A DNA stretch of 58,606 nt, filler included, from Stramenopiles sp. TOSAG23-2 (taxonomy: Eukaryota), in NCBI GenBank assembly GCA_900128395.1. It is 3 parts of 3 records of this genome, joined end to end, with 100 filler letters (N's around TTAATTAATTAA, not from the genome) between each part and the next. Parts side by side here need not be neighbours in the genome. Positions count along the whole stretch, not along the records: positions 1 to 19,511 come from LT649580.1; positions 19,612 to 39,114 come from LT649581.1; 1 more part is not named here. The stretch is one strand, 5' to 3'. Below, piece by piece: positions 12,689-24,890 of the stretch (position 1 is the stretch's first letter; each line of letters opens with the position of its first letter). Made by a program: the position numbers and the translations under genes. The notes below the pieces were generated by a model. The model ran no database searches. It saw only the letters and a list, made by a program, of their open reading frames with translations, and was not told the origin of the DNA.

Positions 12689-15106
12689 ATGTTTGGTGGG
12701 AAAAAAATATTACAAGAAAAAGTTACCAAATTAGAGGAAGATATTAAAGATTTAGAAGCATCGCATGAAAAGTCAGATAATGAAAGAAATTTACATGTGC
12801 ATGAATTACAAGTGACTGTATCGTCAATCTTGAAAGAAAATGCTGATTTAGAAAGTGAAAAAGCTGAATTAGAAGATGAAATAACATCCGTGAAACAAGC
12901 TTATAACGACAGATTATCACAACAACAGGAAGTAAATACGTCATTGCAAACGCAAGTGGAAGAGGCACTAGGTGAAAATATGAAGTTGCAAGGGAAATTA
13001 GACGATGTTACGGACCGTTACAAAGAAGCCGAGCGTGAACGAGCAAAAGAACGAACATCGGCAATTGATTTACAAAGTCAATTGACTGAAAGGTTGGAAG
13101 ATGTACAAAAGGATTTAAAATTATCATTAGAACGGAACGAACGTTTAAGTGCACAAATAAAAAAAATAAATGAAGATAGTCAAGCACGTGAGACAAAATT
13201 AAATGCGATTGTATTAACAGGTAAAAATGAAATACAAACTCGTAATAATGAAATAAATCAATTAAAAGAACAAGTTCAAGTTGCTATGCAAATATCTGCT
13301 GAAGAAAAGCAAGCATCGGAAGATTCAATAAATGAATTGGATGAGAAATTGGATGCAGCTAATACTATGTTGCAACAACGACAAGATGAAATTACAAAAT
13401 TGGACAATGCAGAGAAAAAATACAAAAAAGATTTAGCAGTTTTAGCAGATACTATTGAAATTGGGCGTAAAAAAATGGTTGAATTGAAAAATTCAAGTGA
13501 TGATAAAATGCGAAGTATGATTAACGATTATGAAAATGAGAAAGATGTTGCTGCTAAGAAATTTCAAGAAAATATGTCGAATATATTAAACGAAATGAAA
13601 ATGACGAAAGAGAAATTAAATGAAGAGAAGACAGTACTAAGTGATGAATTAACTGAAACTAAAGGTAAATTAGAGAATCTAACTTTACAAGCAAATGAAC
13701 TGAAAACCTCTTTAAGTGTAGCAGTTGAAGAAAAAACACAAGCGACGGAATTAATGCAAAGCGTATTAGATAGTAAAACCTCTGAAGCATCGGAGCAACT
13801 AAAGACATTGGAAGAAAAATTGAATCTTAAAATTGAAGAAAATTCTGAAATACAATTAAAATTGGATAATATTACCATTACTTGTGAATCAATAAAAGAA
13901 GAAAAAGATAAATTGGAAAAAGGAAACGCTGTATTATCAAAAGAATTAATTGAGTTAAAAGCAACTTGTACGGATTTAAATGGTGCAAATACGGTGTTGC
14001 AAGAGAAGTTAGAAGAAGGTACAAAAAATATGAAGGAAATGGAAGAGAATATTTCTAATTTATCTGAAAAGCTTGTAATACAACAGCAACAGGAACAAGA
14101 GCAACAGCAAGAGCAAAAAGAAAAGAATGACGAAAGAGCTAATAATAATGATGATAATGATAATGAGGAAATAATAGAAAGAAAAAATTTAGAAAATGAA
14201 AAATTGAAAATTACAATTGAAACATTAAATAAAGAAATTGCAAATTTATTAAAACAAACTAGTTTTAGTAATAATTCAACATCGGAAATTACACCAGCAG
14301 CTGTAGAACAAGTCAATTTAATAGATGATAATAATAATAATGAAGTAATGAAACAAATGGAAAATGAACATAAAGAAAAACTTGAAGCAATATCTTTAAA
14401 AATGCATCAAAATGCATCTAATTTCTCATTAGAAAAGGAATCGTTTTTAGATAGAATCAAAACGGAAGTGTTAAGCAATGAAAAATTACAAACGGAGTTG
14501 AATTATACAAATGAAAAAATGAAAAAATTAGAAGTTGATATGGAAAAATTAGCTGAACTGTCAAGAAGAAAAGAAGAGGAAATGAAAGCATCAAATAAAA
14601 TGATTGTAACATTAAATGATGAATTATCATCGGCAACAAAGCAGCTTCAAGAAATGGCCAATAGCAATAACAACAACAATAATAGTAATAATAATAACAA
14701 CAACAACAACAACAACAACAATGAGAAAAGTGCTTTTGCATATAGGATAAAAGATTTACAAGTAATTCCTGTAACATTTCCAGCTGGACCAATGGGACTT
14801 GGATTATCACCATTAACTCCTGGTAGTACTATTACCATTATACGTAATTTAACCCCAGGTCAAAATAATAATCCAAGTGGTGTTGAAAGATACAATACGG
14901 ATCAAAGAAATGTAAATAAACAAATTATTCCTGGTATGGTTTTAAAGATGGTGAATGATAAATCTGTTATTGGAATGCCTTATAAACGTGTCATTGATAT
15001 GTTGATGAAAACAAAAAGACCGATTCAATTAGTGTTTGTAAGTGTAACATTTGATGATGGGACAAGGAGAACTGAGAGTATTGATGAGGAAAATCCATTT
15101 TTGTAG
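12689..15106 (+). CDS. Long coiled-coil protein with a C-terminal PDZ domain
   Basis: About 650 aa of E/K/L/Q heptad-rich sequence, then FPAGPMGLGL...IIPGMVLKMVNDKSV...RPIQLVF (PDZ-like). Confidence 0.8.
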   Translation: MFGGKKILQEKVTKLEEDIKDLEASHEKSDNERNLHVHELQVTVSSILKENADLESEKAELEDEITSVKQAYNDRLSQQQEVNTSLQTQVEEALGENMKLQGKLDDVTDRYKEAERERAKERTSAIDLQSQLTERLEDVQKDLKLSLERNERLSAQIKKINEDSQARETKLNAIVLTGKNEIQTRNNEINQLKEQVQVAMQISAEEKQASEDSINELDEKLDAANTMLQQRQDEITKLDNAEKKYKKDLAVLADTIEIGRKKMVELKNSSDDKMRSMINDYENEKDVAAKKFQENMSNILNEMKMTKEKLNEEKTVLSDELTETKGKLENLTLQANELKTSLSVAVEEKTQATELMQSVLDSKTSEASEQLKTLEEKLNLKIEENSEIQLKLDNITITCESIKEEKDKLEKGNAVLSKELIELKATCTDLNGANTVLQEKLEEGTKNMKEMEENISNLSEKLVIQQQQEQEQQQEQKEKNDERANNNDDNDNEEIIERKNLENEKLKITIETLNKEIANLLKQTSFSNNSTSEITPAAVEQVNLIDDNNNNEVMKQMENEHKEKLEAISLKMHQNASNFSLEKESFLDRIKTEVLSNEKLQTELNYTNEKMKKLEVDMEKLAELSRRKEEEMKASNKMIVTLNDELSSATKQLQEMANSNNNNNNSNNNNNNNNNNNNEKSAFAYRIKDLQVIPVTFPAGPMGLGLSPLTPGSTITIIRNLTPGQNNNPSGVERYNTDQRNVNKQIIPGMVLKMVNDKSVIGMPYKRVIDMLMKTKRPIQLVFVSVTFDDGTRRTESIDEENPFL

Positions 15107-15340
15107 GAGAGAGGACCAGGAACCACAGTAAAATTGTTTTTTTTAAAAACCGCGCGTAAATTTTTTAAATATTTTTTTAAAAAACTAGAGGATATAAAAC
15201 ATTTTTACAAAAACCAAATAAAACACGCCTCATATTCACCCAAACACCGCACAACCAGGGTTTAAAAATACGAACAGTCGGGTGTGTTAAAATAACTCTC
15301 TTGCAAAAAATATTATCGCTCCACAGATTTTTTGCATTTT

Positions 15341-16116
15341 TTATCGTCCTGGAGTCAATGGCATTAACATATGAGGAGCTGCATGGATAGCACTTCCTAC
15401 CGGTGGATAATGTGCATTTTGTGGGACATCGATATGTTCTATTTTCTTATGTTCATGAATATGATTGTTGTAAACTTGACCTGGTACATGCCCTCTTTGG
15501 AAGGGATGTGTATGTGCCATCCATGCTGGTAATCCACCATGTGGTGGTTGTTCCAATTGTTCCGTAGGTGGCATATGCAATTGATTTGGTGCTTCATGTC
15601 CGTTCATTGGACCTCCTGCAATAGGTATTTGAAGATGACCAGGGGATTCTTCTAACAACAACGTATTAGCACCATGGACTGGTGCGCCACCTGCAGTATG
15701 TTGATTAATACTTGGTGGTGGCTTTTCATGTGCGGAATATGTCTCTTTAGGTTCTTCTTCTTCTTTGCTTTCAGCTTTCGTTTCTTCTTCGTCCCCTTTT
15801 GATTGACTAGCTTCAAGCATTGCTTTATTATCGGCAGAAGCCTTGTCTTCTGGTGTAATTGGCGCTCCACCACGTAAATGTTGATGTGCCTTTGGATTCG
15901 GGTGTAAATTATGTGTTGTTCCATGTGCACTTTCTGGTAACCCATGTACTTCTCCCTTCGTCATTGGATGTTCATGATGTTGCCAAAAAGGCAATCCACT
16001 ATGCGCTGCTGTTTCTGGAACAAATGTTGCTGGTGGAAGTGCGTTGGGTGGATGCGCAGGCGGTACCCAACTCCCATATGCGCACTTCTTTCCATCAATA
16101 AAGGTACCTGTATTAT
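15341..16116 (-). CDS. His/Pro-rich hypothetical protein, 5' end unresolved
   Basis: The frame is open upstream of the TTG start to about 16124 (FEYNTGTFIDGKKCAYGSWVPPAHPPNALPP), with coding-like GC content. The upstream TAG may be a splice acceptor. Confidence 0.55.
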
Positions 16117-16606
16117 ACTCGAACTATTTTATACTTATATTTAACCAAAAGGACAAAAATGTGTATTTTTTATTTTTTGATGACATAAATTTCCGAACCT
16201 TATTTAGTGATTGATTGTATTATGGTGCTAGAAGAGAATTTTACAATAATAGTCAAGTGGACTATTCCAAAATCAATAGAAATCATTTTTGCCTTTTTGA
16301 TAGTAACAGAATGCCTGGAATGCTGGAATGCCAGTGCAAAAAAAGGTTGATAAAAAAAAATGAGATGAACTGACGACGCAGACTAAGATGAAAAAATAAT
16401 ATAATAAAAAAAACCTTATCACGTATTAATATTGAAATAATTATTATTAGACGACTACTAATCAATTATTCAATCTGGCAATTAATGTTATATATATATA
16501 ATAATAATAATAATCATAATAATAATAATAATCATAATAATAATAATAAATACAATCACACGTATAACACTTTTATAATGCATTTTTTGTTTGTATTGAC
16601 ATAAAT

Positions 16607-17929
16607 ATGATGGTAACCTCCTTCTTCAATAATATTAAGAACAACAATAATGTTCTCCTTTTCTTGTTGTTTAAATGTGTAGTAGCATGTAATATGGTAA
16701 TGTTATTTTTCCCAACAAATGTGATTTGTCATAAAAATCCAGTTGTTGTTGTTCCAGGACTTGGTGGATCTGTCTTGGAAGCAAAACTTGAGAATCGGCC
16801 ACCCGGTAGAGATTGTCAACAAAATAGTGATTGGTATACAATATGGGCATCCGTTGTACAAGGTGCTTTTCGTTATGATTGTTTTCGCGATAATTTACAA
16901 TTATATTTAAATAGTTCAACGCTTACAGGATTATCAAATTATACAGGTGTACATATTCGACCTAGAGATTTTGGTGGGACTGGAGGAATTGAATATTCCA
17001 ATGCAGGGACAGGCGAACCACCAATTGCATACATGCATAGTCTTGTAAAAACAATGGAAGATAAAGCTGGTTATGTTAGCGGAATTTCAATACGTGCAGC
17101 TACGAATGATTTTAGAATTGTAGGTTTGGATGCATCATTGGATTTTGAATATTCACGTCTTCAATGGCTGATTGAAGATACATACAAATTAAATAACGGT
17201 TCAAAGGTTCATTTATTATCGCATTCGCTTGGTGGACCTTTAACAAATTTATTTTTAACAACATATGTATCGAGTACATGGAAGTCACAATATATTGCAT
17301 CGCATATCATGTTATCTGCACCATTACTTGGTTCACCTGTATCGATTTATGCCGCACTGAGTGGACCCAGATATGATTACGTGCCACAATTTCTTCCAGC
17401 TCTAGTGACACCGCTAGTTCGAACATTTGTATCTATTGTATGGATGTGGCCAAGGCGTGATGAAAATGGTGTAAATCCATGGGGTGATGATACCATATTT
17501 GTACAAACACCATCAAGAAATTATACTTTATCATCCCTCAAAAATCTAAGTAAAGACATACCAGGCGCATCTATTTTATCTAATAAATGGGATGAGGTAG
17601 AAGATAGAACAAGGTATAGTACAGCAGATCCAGGAGTAAAAGTTTTATGTATGTATGCAAATGATACGAAAACAGATTTATCAATAGCTACTGTAGATGC
17701 ATTTGATAAAAAAGGAACCACACTTCGCTCAACATGGGGTGATGGCACTGTGAGTTTGCTATCATTAAATGCATGTAGTGGTTGGAGCGATGTAGAAGTT
17801 CGACCTATACAATTTGGGGGTACATTAGCAGCACATACAGAAATTGTGCAAAGTAAAATTGTCATAGCAAAAATTCTGGATTGGCTTGTTGGTTTTGAGG
17901 GGGGGGGAAGACGATGGTTAAAATGTTAA
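16607..17929 (+). CDS. LCAT / lysosomal phospholipase A2 (PLA2G15)-like acyltransferase
   Basis: PVVVVPGLGGSVLEA, HSLGG nucleophile motif, GDGTVSLLSL, C-terminal His; hydrophobic N-terminus. Confidence 0.92.
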   Translation: MMVTSFFNNIKNNNNVLLFLLFKCVVACNMVMLFFPTNVICHKNPVVVVPGLGGSVLEAKLENRPPGRDCQQNSDWYTIWASVVQGAFRYDCFRDNLQLYLNSSTLTGLSNYTGVHIRPRDFGGTGGIEYSNAGTGEPPIAYMHSLVKTMEDKAGYVSGISIRAATNDFRIVGLDASLDFEYSRLQWLIEDTYKLNNGSKVHLLSHSLGGPLTNLFLTTYVSSTWKSQYIASHIMLSAPLLGSPVSIYAALSGPRYDYVPQFLPALVTPLVRTFVSIVWMWPRRDENGVNPWGDDTIFVQTPSRNYTLSSLKNLSKDIPGASILSNKWDEVEDRTRYSTADPGVKVLCMYANDTKTDLSIATVDAFDKKGTTLRSTWGDGTVSLLSLNACSGWSDVEVRPIQFGGTLAAHTEIVQSKIVIAKILDWLVGFEGGGRRWLKC

Positions 17930-18783
17930 AATTAATTAATAAATATTATTTAGGGCAAATAACTAATTAGTAGTATAGTACCAAGTCAAGTATATATACT
18001 TAATCCATTACATATTCATAAGATGTCTCGAAATCCTCGTTCTTTGCTCTGCTGTAGTATGCTACATTTGATCCACGTCGGTGGCTACATCCATTAGGCA
18101 AATTATGAAATGAAAACCATGGACCTCTGAGCTCCTAAATTGAATCCTCAGGAAATTGTTTTTGTGCAGCGTTAAGACAGTCTTCATGCAAAACACTTTT
18201 GTCCTCGGTCGTTGTTGTAGTCTTTAATATCCTTTTCAGCTCTGGTATCTGGCTCGCCTTACAAAAAAACATATTTTTTTGTTGTTGTGTGAATCGAACT
18301 CTCGTTGTATCGAAAAAAGTCATACATTTAATACATTCGCCACTTTCCTCATCCAATGGTATGCCCGTGTCAAAACTGTGCACTAACAAATTAACACTAT
18401 TCACTATTAGGAAATATATATATATATCGTTTTTTAAGTGTGAATCGAACTCTCGTTGTATCGAAAAAAGTCATACATTTAATACATTCGCCACTTTCCT
18501 CATCCAATGGTATGCCCGTGTCAAAACTGTGCACTAACAAATTAACACTATTCACTATTAGGAAATATATATATATATCGTTTTTTAAAATGCCAATTTT
18601 ATTTTTCATATATTTGTAAAAAATATCAAATATCCGGTACAAAGAATAGTATTGTTAAGGAGGAGCCTTGGACATACATTTTATTTTTTTAGTTGTTTAA
18701 TTTATAATTTATACGTAATTACATTTTTTTTTTTAGTTGTAAAGTGCAAATCGGAGGGGCGGTCTAAGTTACGTATAATAATT

Positions 18784-19456
18784 TTAGTTCTTTCTGTTCC
18801 TTCTTCTTTTCTTTCTGCTCACGCTTGGTCTTTTCTTTCTGCTAACGCTTGGTCTTTTCTTTCTGTTCCTTCTTCTTAACTTTTTGCTACTTGATCCATA
18901 CCCACGTAGATTTTCTTCTTTCTCTTCTACTGCAACTGAATTGTATCCATCAGGTACTTCTGTATCCTTTACTTCATCATGATTTTCTTCTGATTGAGGT
19001 TTTGATTCTGGTTCTATTTGTGTTGTTGGTTGTTGACCAGCTCGTTTTTTACTTATCATTCCTTTCAAATCTTTCCTGTTTAAGGACGATGATAGCGAAG
19101 TACCTTCCCCATTTCCCCCTGATGACCTTGCTATTAATTCTTCTGAAAGGGTAGATTCATCCGTATCATCGTCTTCATTGTCCTTGCATGCATCAAAAAA
19201 TTCCAAAATTTTTTGCGAATAATCATCGTAATACCTATGTTCGGCCATGGCAACCATCATTTCCCCCTTGACTTCCTGTTTTTGATCGTTGCTGAGCGAT
19301 TTGAACTCTTCTGAGTCCTTCAGTTCCTTTACATTCGATTTCTGTTTCAAGTAATTTTGGCTATCGACAAACCCTTTTGTCTTCAAATATGCGTAAAGAT
19401 TTTGTGAAACGGCAGCAGAAACCCCTGCAATTCGCGAAAAACGCTCCGGGTAAAGC
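18784..19456 (-). CDS. 5'-truncated CDS, possibly an alpha/beta-hydrolase C-terminus with an acidic linker and basic repeat tail
   Basis: PLYPERFSRIAGVS...EMMVAMAEH...ILEFF; tail (RKKRPSVS)x2. The 5' end is replaced by an inverted copy of 18287-18341 at the contig end. Confidence 0.5.
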
Positions 19457-19511
19457 GGCGAATGTATTAAATGTATGACTTTTTTCGATACAACGAGAGT
19501 TCGATTCACAC

Positions 19512-19611
19512 NNNNNNNNNNNNNNNNNNNNNNNNNNNNNNNNNNNNNNNNNNNNTTAATTAATTAANNNNNNNNNNNNNNNNNNNNNNNNNNNNNNNNN
19601 NNNNNNNNNNN
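19512..19611. other. Artificial contig linker (N44-TTAATTAATTAA-N44)
   Basis: Exactly 100 nt with a central 12-mer carrying stops in all frames; identical to 39115-39214. Confidence 0.98.
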
Positions 19612-20294
19612 TTGATATCTATTATTATTCCATAGTGTGTAGTGTTATATTATAGAAAACAAGATGCAAACCAAATTGGAAATGAAGCGTGCTGGCCATT
19701 AAAAATAGTATAGACACACCAGCTAGTAAGGCTAGAATAAAAATAAAAAAGTACATGGACATATCATGTCAATTAATACAGGCACACAGTATTAAAAACG
19801 AAATAGTATAGACACAGCCTTCCGTATAAAAAATAAAAAAGTAGATGTACATAGCATTACCAATTACTACAGGCACACAGTAGTGGTGCCAGTATTAAAA
19901 ACGAAATAGTATAGACGACAGTTCTCTGGCAACACTAGCTACCCCACGCTAGCAGTAACACAGTAACGCTTATATTATATACTATTACGATTTGTACTTA
20001 CATCTAACATATTCTATTCTATCTCTCTAGTTTTGGTGGAAGAAAAGGTGAAGGTTATCACAAAAAGCATAGCCATAGCATTGTGGCAAAAAGAAGGAAG
20101 ATTTTATTATAAAAAAGAAGGGCCTTTTGATAAAAAAGTGAGGAAATATATATATTTTATTTAAAAAACAGTCAAACGGTGCAAATACAAACATAAAACA
20201 TACATAGATATTATACATATATATACATATACATACATTAACAACGGTAGATTGTATATTTAGTATTATTATTATTATTTAATAAATCATCAAC

Positions 20295-21233
20295 ATGAAA
20301 TTAATAGTAGCATTATTATTTGCATTAGCAGTAGTATCCACGAATGGTTCATTTTTACGTGATCCGATTCCAGACGGAAAACAAGTAACTGACGAACAAA
20401 TTGTGAACGAATTAAAAAAAGAAGCTGTCAATGTTGAAACAACTGAGTTAGCAGATGGTTTAGAAAAAGACGTGAATGTTAAAAAGAATATCGCAAATGC
20501 ACGTTTAGGTGGGTGGGTCAAACCAGCCATGGTAGCAACTGGCCACTTCAAAAAATCTGCAGGTATTGAAGAACCTGTTGTCTTAAACAATAAAAAGACA
20601 ACTAACGCATCTGCAGTACCAAAAGTAAAACCAATGATGATCCCAGCTGGTGGTTTCGCAATTCGTGCTAAAGGTTTACCAAAACCATCTGGCTTGTACA
20701 AACCAGAGAAAATGGTAGGACACGGCGTGCTTGCAAAAATGGCTGCTGAAGATAACAAAGACCCAGAGAAAGCAGAAGAACTTAAAGAGTTACGTGAAAA
20801 AGCTGCAAAAATCAGATCAAAACAAGAAGGTCCAGCATGTACTGATATGGATACATACTTAAAATTAGCAAGAAAACTACGCAGAGAAGAAGAGCTTGGA
20901 AAAGACGGCAAAACACGCAAATCCCTTGTTAAATTTGTAAATTTAGTATGCCCAGTACTTAAATCTAGTTATACTTTTATCTTGCGTTGCACAAGCTGTG
21001 AAAAAATGGCAAAACGTATGGAAATGTTCTATGGTGACTTTGATATGAAAGTTTTTCCAGGAAAAAAACACCCAGATCGTTGTGATAAAGAAAAATGGGG
21101 CACTAAAAATTTCGTTCTAGAAGCTGCATTGTCTTCACCAAATATTTTCTTCGGTGTAGATTTCTGTGAAAAAACACCAGCAGAAGAAGCAGCAACAGGT
21201 GCAGCATCAGGACCAGCAGCAGCTTTGAAATAA
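20295..21233 (+). CDS. Secreted hypothetical protein with a Cys-containing C-terminal domain
   Basis: Signal peptide MKLIVALLFALAVVSTNG; 312-aa ORF; six Cys in the C-terminal half. Confidence 0.8.
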   Translation: MKLIVALLFALAVVSTNGSFLRDPIPDGKQVTDEQIVNELKKEAVNVETTELADGLEKDVNVKKNIANARLGGWVKPAMVATGHFKKSAGIEEPVVLNNKKTTNASAVPKVKPMMIPAGGFAIRAKGLPKPSGLYKPEKMVGHGVLAKMAAEDNKDPEKAEELKELREKAAKIRSKQEGPACTDMDTYLKLARKLRREEELGKDGKTRKSLVKFVNLVCPVLKSSYTFILRCTSCEKMAKRMEMFYGDFDMKVFPGKKHPDRCDKEKWGTKNFVLEAALSSPNIFFGVDFCEKTPAEEAATGAASGPAAALK

Positions 21234-21667
21234 ATTTTAGTTAGTATCCGATAGTAGTGTATTTTAAATTGTTGTTTTCTCAGAAAAAACAACAATTTAT
21301 ATTTTTATATATTTTTAATAATATAATTGAAAAAAATTAAAAAAGAAGTTAGAAAAGTGGGGGAAGGAGTAGTTTTATATATATAGATCTCTACGTTTTA
21401 CGAAAATTGAAATGTTGAGAAGACGTATTATGTGTGTATATCATATGTAACAAGATGGAAGATTGTAACTGAGTTGTAGTGTGTTGATATAAACAAACAT
21501 AATGTTGAGAGTAAAAAATAGTGTAAAATATATGAAATTCCTAATAAGCCTATTTACTATACAAGTAACAAAATATAAAGTTTCTACACTATTTACATGC
21601 TAAATTACTCTCCTTCTTTAATATAAAAAAAAAATTTGTGATCACAACAGAATAACACACACACAGT

Positions 21668-24600
21668 TTATTTGGTCTTTTTCGTTTTACCCCAACCCCA
21701 ACTAGTTGCATCGTCACTTAATGCTAAATCAATAATTGATTTTTGTTCTCTTGCATGAACGGAACCATATCCTTCCGCAGTTGATGCCATTGTTTTCCTA
21801 CCAACATAACCAGGTGATCTTTTCTCATCATTTACAACACGTGATGCTGTCATAATCCTATCTTGAACAAATGACCATGCACCCATATTCTTAGGTTCTT
21901 CCTGTGCCCATACTACTTCGGCATTACCATACGTTTTCATAGCCTCTGCTACTAAATCAAATGGGAATGGACTTATTTGTTCGAGCGTGACGATCGCAAC
22001 ATCATCGATTTCACCAGCACGGCGGGCTTCTAGTAGCTCGTAATATATTTGACCTTGGCAAATAACCAAACGCCTAACTTTATCTGCTTCACAAATTTCA
22101 TCTTCAAAACGTTCCATGTACATACGTTTAAATCGAGTATCCCCTGACATATCCTCAAATGTGGACGTCGCCAATTTATGACGCAATAAACCTTTTGGTG
22201 CAACAACTATAAGTGGTTTTCTAAAATCACGATGTTGCTGTCTTCGAAGTGCGTGGAAGTAATTTGCTGGTGTAGTACAATTCACAATTTGCCAATTGTG
22301 CACTTGGATTTGTTGCGTTGAGTTTTCATCTAAATTTGGAATATCATCCGGATCTTCATCAATGCATTGTAAAAACCGTTCCATTCTGCAACTACTATGC
22401 TCCGGCCCTTGCCCTTGGTAACCATGCGGTAACAACAATACTAAACCATTTTGTTGGCCCCATTTCGCCTCGCCACTGGATAAGAACTGATCGATCATGA
22501 TCTGCGCGCCATTGACAAAATCACCAAATTGTGCTTCCCAGATGACCAATGATTTTGGACTTTCTTGTGCATAACCAAGTTCAAATCCCATGACACCAAA
22601 TTCACTCAACGGTGAATTAGCACAAGTGAATGCAGCTTGGTTACCAGGATCAACGTTGTTCAATGCCGTATACAATTCGTTTGTTTTTTGATCATGCCAT
22701 ATTGCATGCCGATGACTGAATGTTCCACGCTGTACATCTTGGCCACTGATACGAACGTGTGTACCTTCTAATAGTAAGGAACCAAAGGCTAAGCCCTCGC
22801 ACGTACCCCAATCCAACATTGCTTTTGCTTCCAACGTTTCCGCTTTTGCTTTAATAATATTGTTCAACCTTCTATGGATATTAAATCCTTCCGGCACCGT
22901 TGCTAATGTATTTCCAATCTGTTCTAATGTTTCCATTGGTACCCCCGTATTGCGTATTTTTGAATGCATATTTGGACGTAACATTTCTGTCCAATTATTT
23001 TCAACATCATGATCTCCAGGAACATATGAATCTGCTGCTTCAAATGCATCATCGAAACTTTTTTGTACCAAAGTAGTCGTTGCTTTGACATCTTCTTGCG
23101 TCACAACGCCTTCATTTAATAATTGGTTTCTGTATATTTCCAAACATGTAGGATGCTTATCAATTTTTTGATACATAACAGGTTGAGTGAATCTTGGCTC
23201 ATCAATTTCATTATGACCACGTTTACGATATCCAATCACATCAATAATTACATCCGTACCAAATGTTTGCCTATATTCTGTTGCTATTTCAAACGCGGCG
23301 ACAACATCATCTGGGGAATCTGCATTGACATGGAAAATAGGCGCTTCAAACGCTTTGCCAATATCTGATGAATACAACGTAGAACGAGATTGCCATGGAT
23401 CAGCTGTAAAACCGACTTGATTATTTGTCACGACATGAATAGTACCGCCAGTTGCAAAATCTTTTGTCCTTGAAAATTGCATTGATTCAAATACAATACC
23501 TTGTCCTGAAAATGCTGCATCCCCATGTAGTAACACAGGCAAAACCGTTTTCCCAGTCGTATCGCCTTTATAATGCATCTTCGCACGAGCTTTTCCACTT
23601 ACTAACGGATTCACTGCTTCTAGATGCGATGGATTTGCCAATAAACTTAAATGCACTTTGCGACCATCTGGATATGTCCTGTCGTAACTAGAACCTAAAT
23701 GATATTTTACATCACCAGACATACTCCAATCACCATCGTCATCCCCACCATCTTGTGGTTCCACCGTTCCTTTGAACTCTCCAAACATAATTTCCATTGG
23801 CTTCCTCATGACATTTGCTAAAACATTTAAACGACCACGATGCGCCATACCGAGAACAACATCATCCGCGCCCATACTAGTCGCAACGTCAATCATAGAT
23901 TTCATACCAGGGATAACACTTTCCAAACCTTCCAAGCCAAAGCGTTTTGCGGTTGTAAATTTTTTCGCCAAACCATATTCAAATGTCGTTGCAAATTCTA
24001 ATCTCTCCAAAGTTTGCATTCTTTTGTCTTTTGGTATTTGTTTAAATGGCTTTTCTTCAATGCGTTGTTGCAACCATGCCAAGCGCTCGCTGTCACGACA
24101 ATGCAAAAATTCATAACCAACTTTACCGCTATAAACTGTATCAAAATATTGAAGTGCTTCACGTAATACAATTTTATTATTTTGATCAAAATCACCATTT
24201 TTTAATAGACCAGTTAATTTTGGATTGCTTACATCCCCGAAATCCATTTCGCGCTCCAAATCAGCTTCTACAAAGCCACTGCTTTTATAGTCCAACTCTT
24301 CTAATGCATCGTCGACATCGTCAACAGCGCTTAGAAAAACTGCTTCTCGTCTTAAACCTAACGGATCCAAATCTGCTTTTTCGTGTCCACGGGCCATATA
24401 TACATCCGCTAAATGTACCATATTTGCAGCATCATTTGCTTGGGATACAGGTCTTAATGCTTTTGCACCTGGCAAAATGTCATGATTCGGTTGGAATGTA
24501 TCGGTACGAAAATAAGTATCCCATGAACCATGTACGGATTTTGGATCTTCTAACCACATGCGATACATTTCATCTACGTATATACTATTCGAACCGGCTA

Positions 24601-24745
24601 AAAAAGATGCGCTTGGGTTCGGTGTACCTGTTGTTTTCCATCGTTTAATTATTTTACTACTATTATTATTATTATTACGTTGCAATCTACCACCCAACTG
24701 GTTCTTTGCCGTCTTTTTTAAAAACGATTGTATTAATCGTGACAT
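21668..24745 (-). CDS. OGDH: 2-oxoglutarate dehydrogenase E1 component, mitochondrial
   Basis: KRFGLEG, GMAHRGRLNVL, GDVKYHLG, NPSHLEAV, HGDAAFSGQG, WEAQFGDF, GPEHSS, QEEPKNMG; transit-peptide-like N-terminus; first ATG at 24745. Confidence 0.98.
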   Translation of the reverse strand: MSRLIQSFLKKTAKNQLGGRLQRNNNNNSSKIIKRWKTTGTPNPSASFLAGSNSIYVDEMYRMWLEDPKSVHGSWDTYFRTDTFQPNHDILPGAKALRPVSQANDAANMVHLADVYMARGHEKADLDPLGLRREAVFLSAVDDVDDALEELDYKSSGFVEADLEREMDFGDVSNPKLTGLLKNGDFDQNNKIVLREALQYFDTVYSGKVGYEFLHCRDSERLAWLQQRIEEKPFKQIPKDKRMQTLERLEFATTFEYGLAKKFTTAKRFGLEGLESVIPGMKSMIDVATSMGADDVVLGMAHRGRLNVLANVMRKPMEIMFGEFKGTVEPQDGGDDDGDWSMSGDVKYHLGSSYDRTYPDGRKVHLSLLANPSHLEAVNPLVSGKARAKMHYKGDTTGKTVLPVLLHGDAAFSGQGIVFESMQFSRTKDFATGGTIHVVTNNQVGFTADPWQSRSTLYSSDIGKAFEAPIFHVNADSPDDVVAAFEIATEYRQTFGTDVIIDVIGYRKRGHNEIDEPRFTQPVMYQKIDKHPTCLEIYRNQLLNEGVVTQEDVKATTTLVQKSFDDAFEAADSYVPGDHDVENNWTEMLRPNMHSKIRNTGVPMETLEQIGNTLATVPEGFNIHRRLNNIIKAKAETLEAKAMLDWGTCEGLAFGSLLLEGTHVRISGQDVQRGTFSHRHAIWHDQKTNELYTALNNVDPGNQAAFTCANSPLSEFGVMGFELGYAQESPKSLVIWEAQFGDFVNGAQIMIDQFLSSGEAKWGQQNGLVLLLPHGYQGQGPEHSSCRMERFLQCIDEDPDDIPNLDENSTQQIQVHNWQIVNCTTPANYFHALRRQQHRDFRKPLIVVAPKGLLRHKLATSTFEDMSGDTRFKRMYMERFEDEICEADKVRRLVICQGQIYYELLEARRAGEIDDVAIVTLEQISPFPFDLVAEAMKTYGNAEVVWAQEEPKNMGAWSFVQDRIMTASRVVNDEKRSPGYVGRKTMASTAEGYGSVHAREQKSIIDLALSDDATSWGWGKTKKTK

Positions 24746-24890
24746 GGTTGTCAAATCTTATCGTTCTTCTGAATCTTTTTTAACTATAATAAAATAACCA
24801 AAGTTCTTAATTCTTCTTGTTCATATTATGTCCTGTATTCTCTTACAATGTGGACTATTTTGTCTATTCATTTATTTATTTTTACACTCT

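Noticed and set aside
19556..19567. TTAATTAATTAA palindrome as a biological site
   Set aside because: It sits centred in N-runs twice with identical geometry, so it is a synthetic linker.
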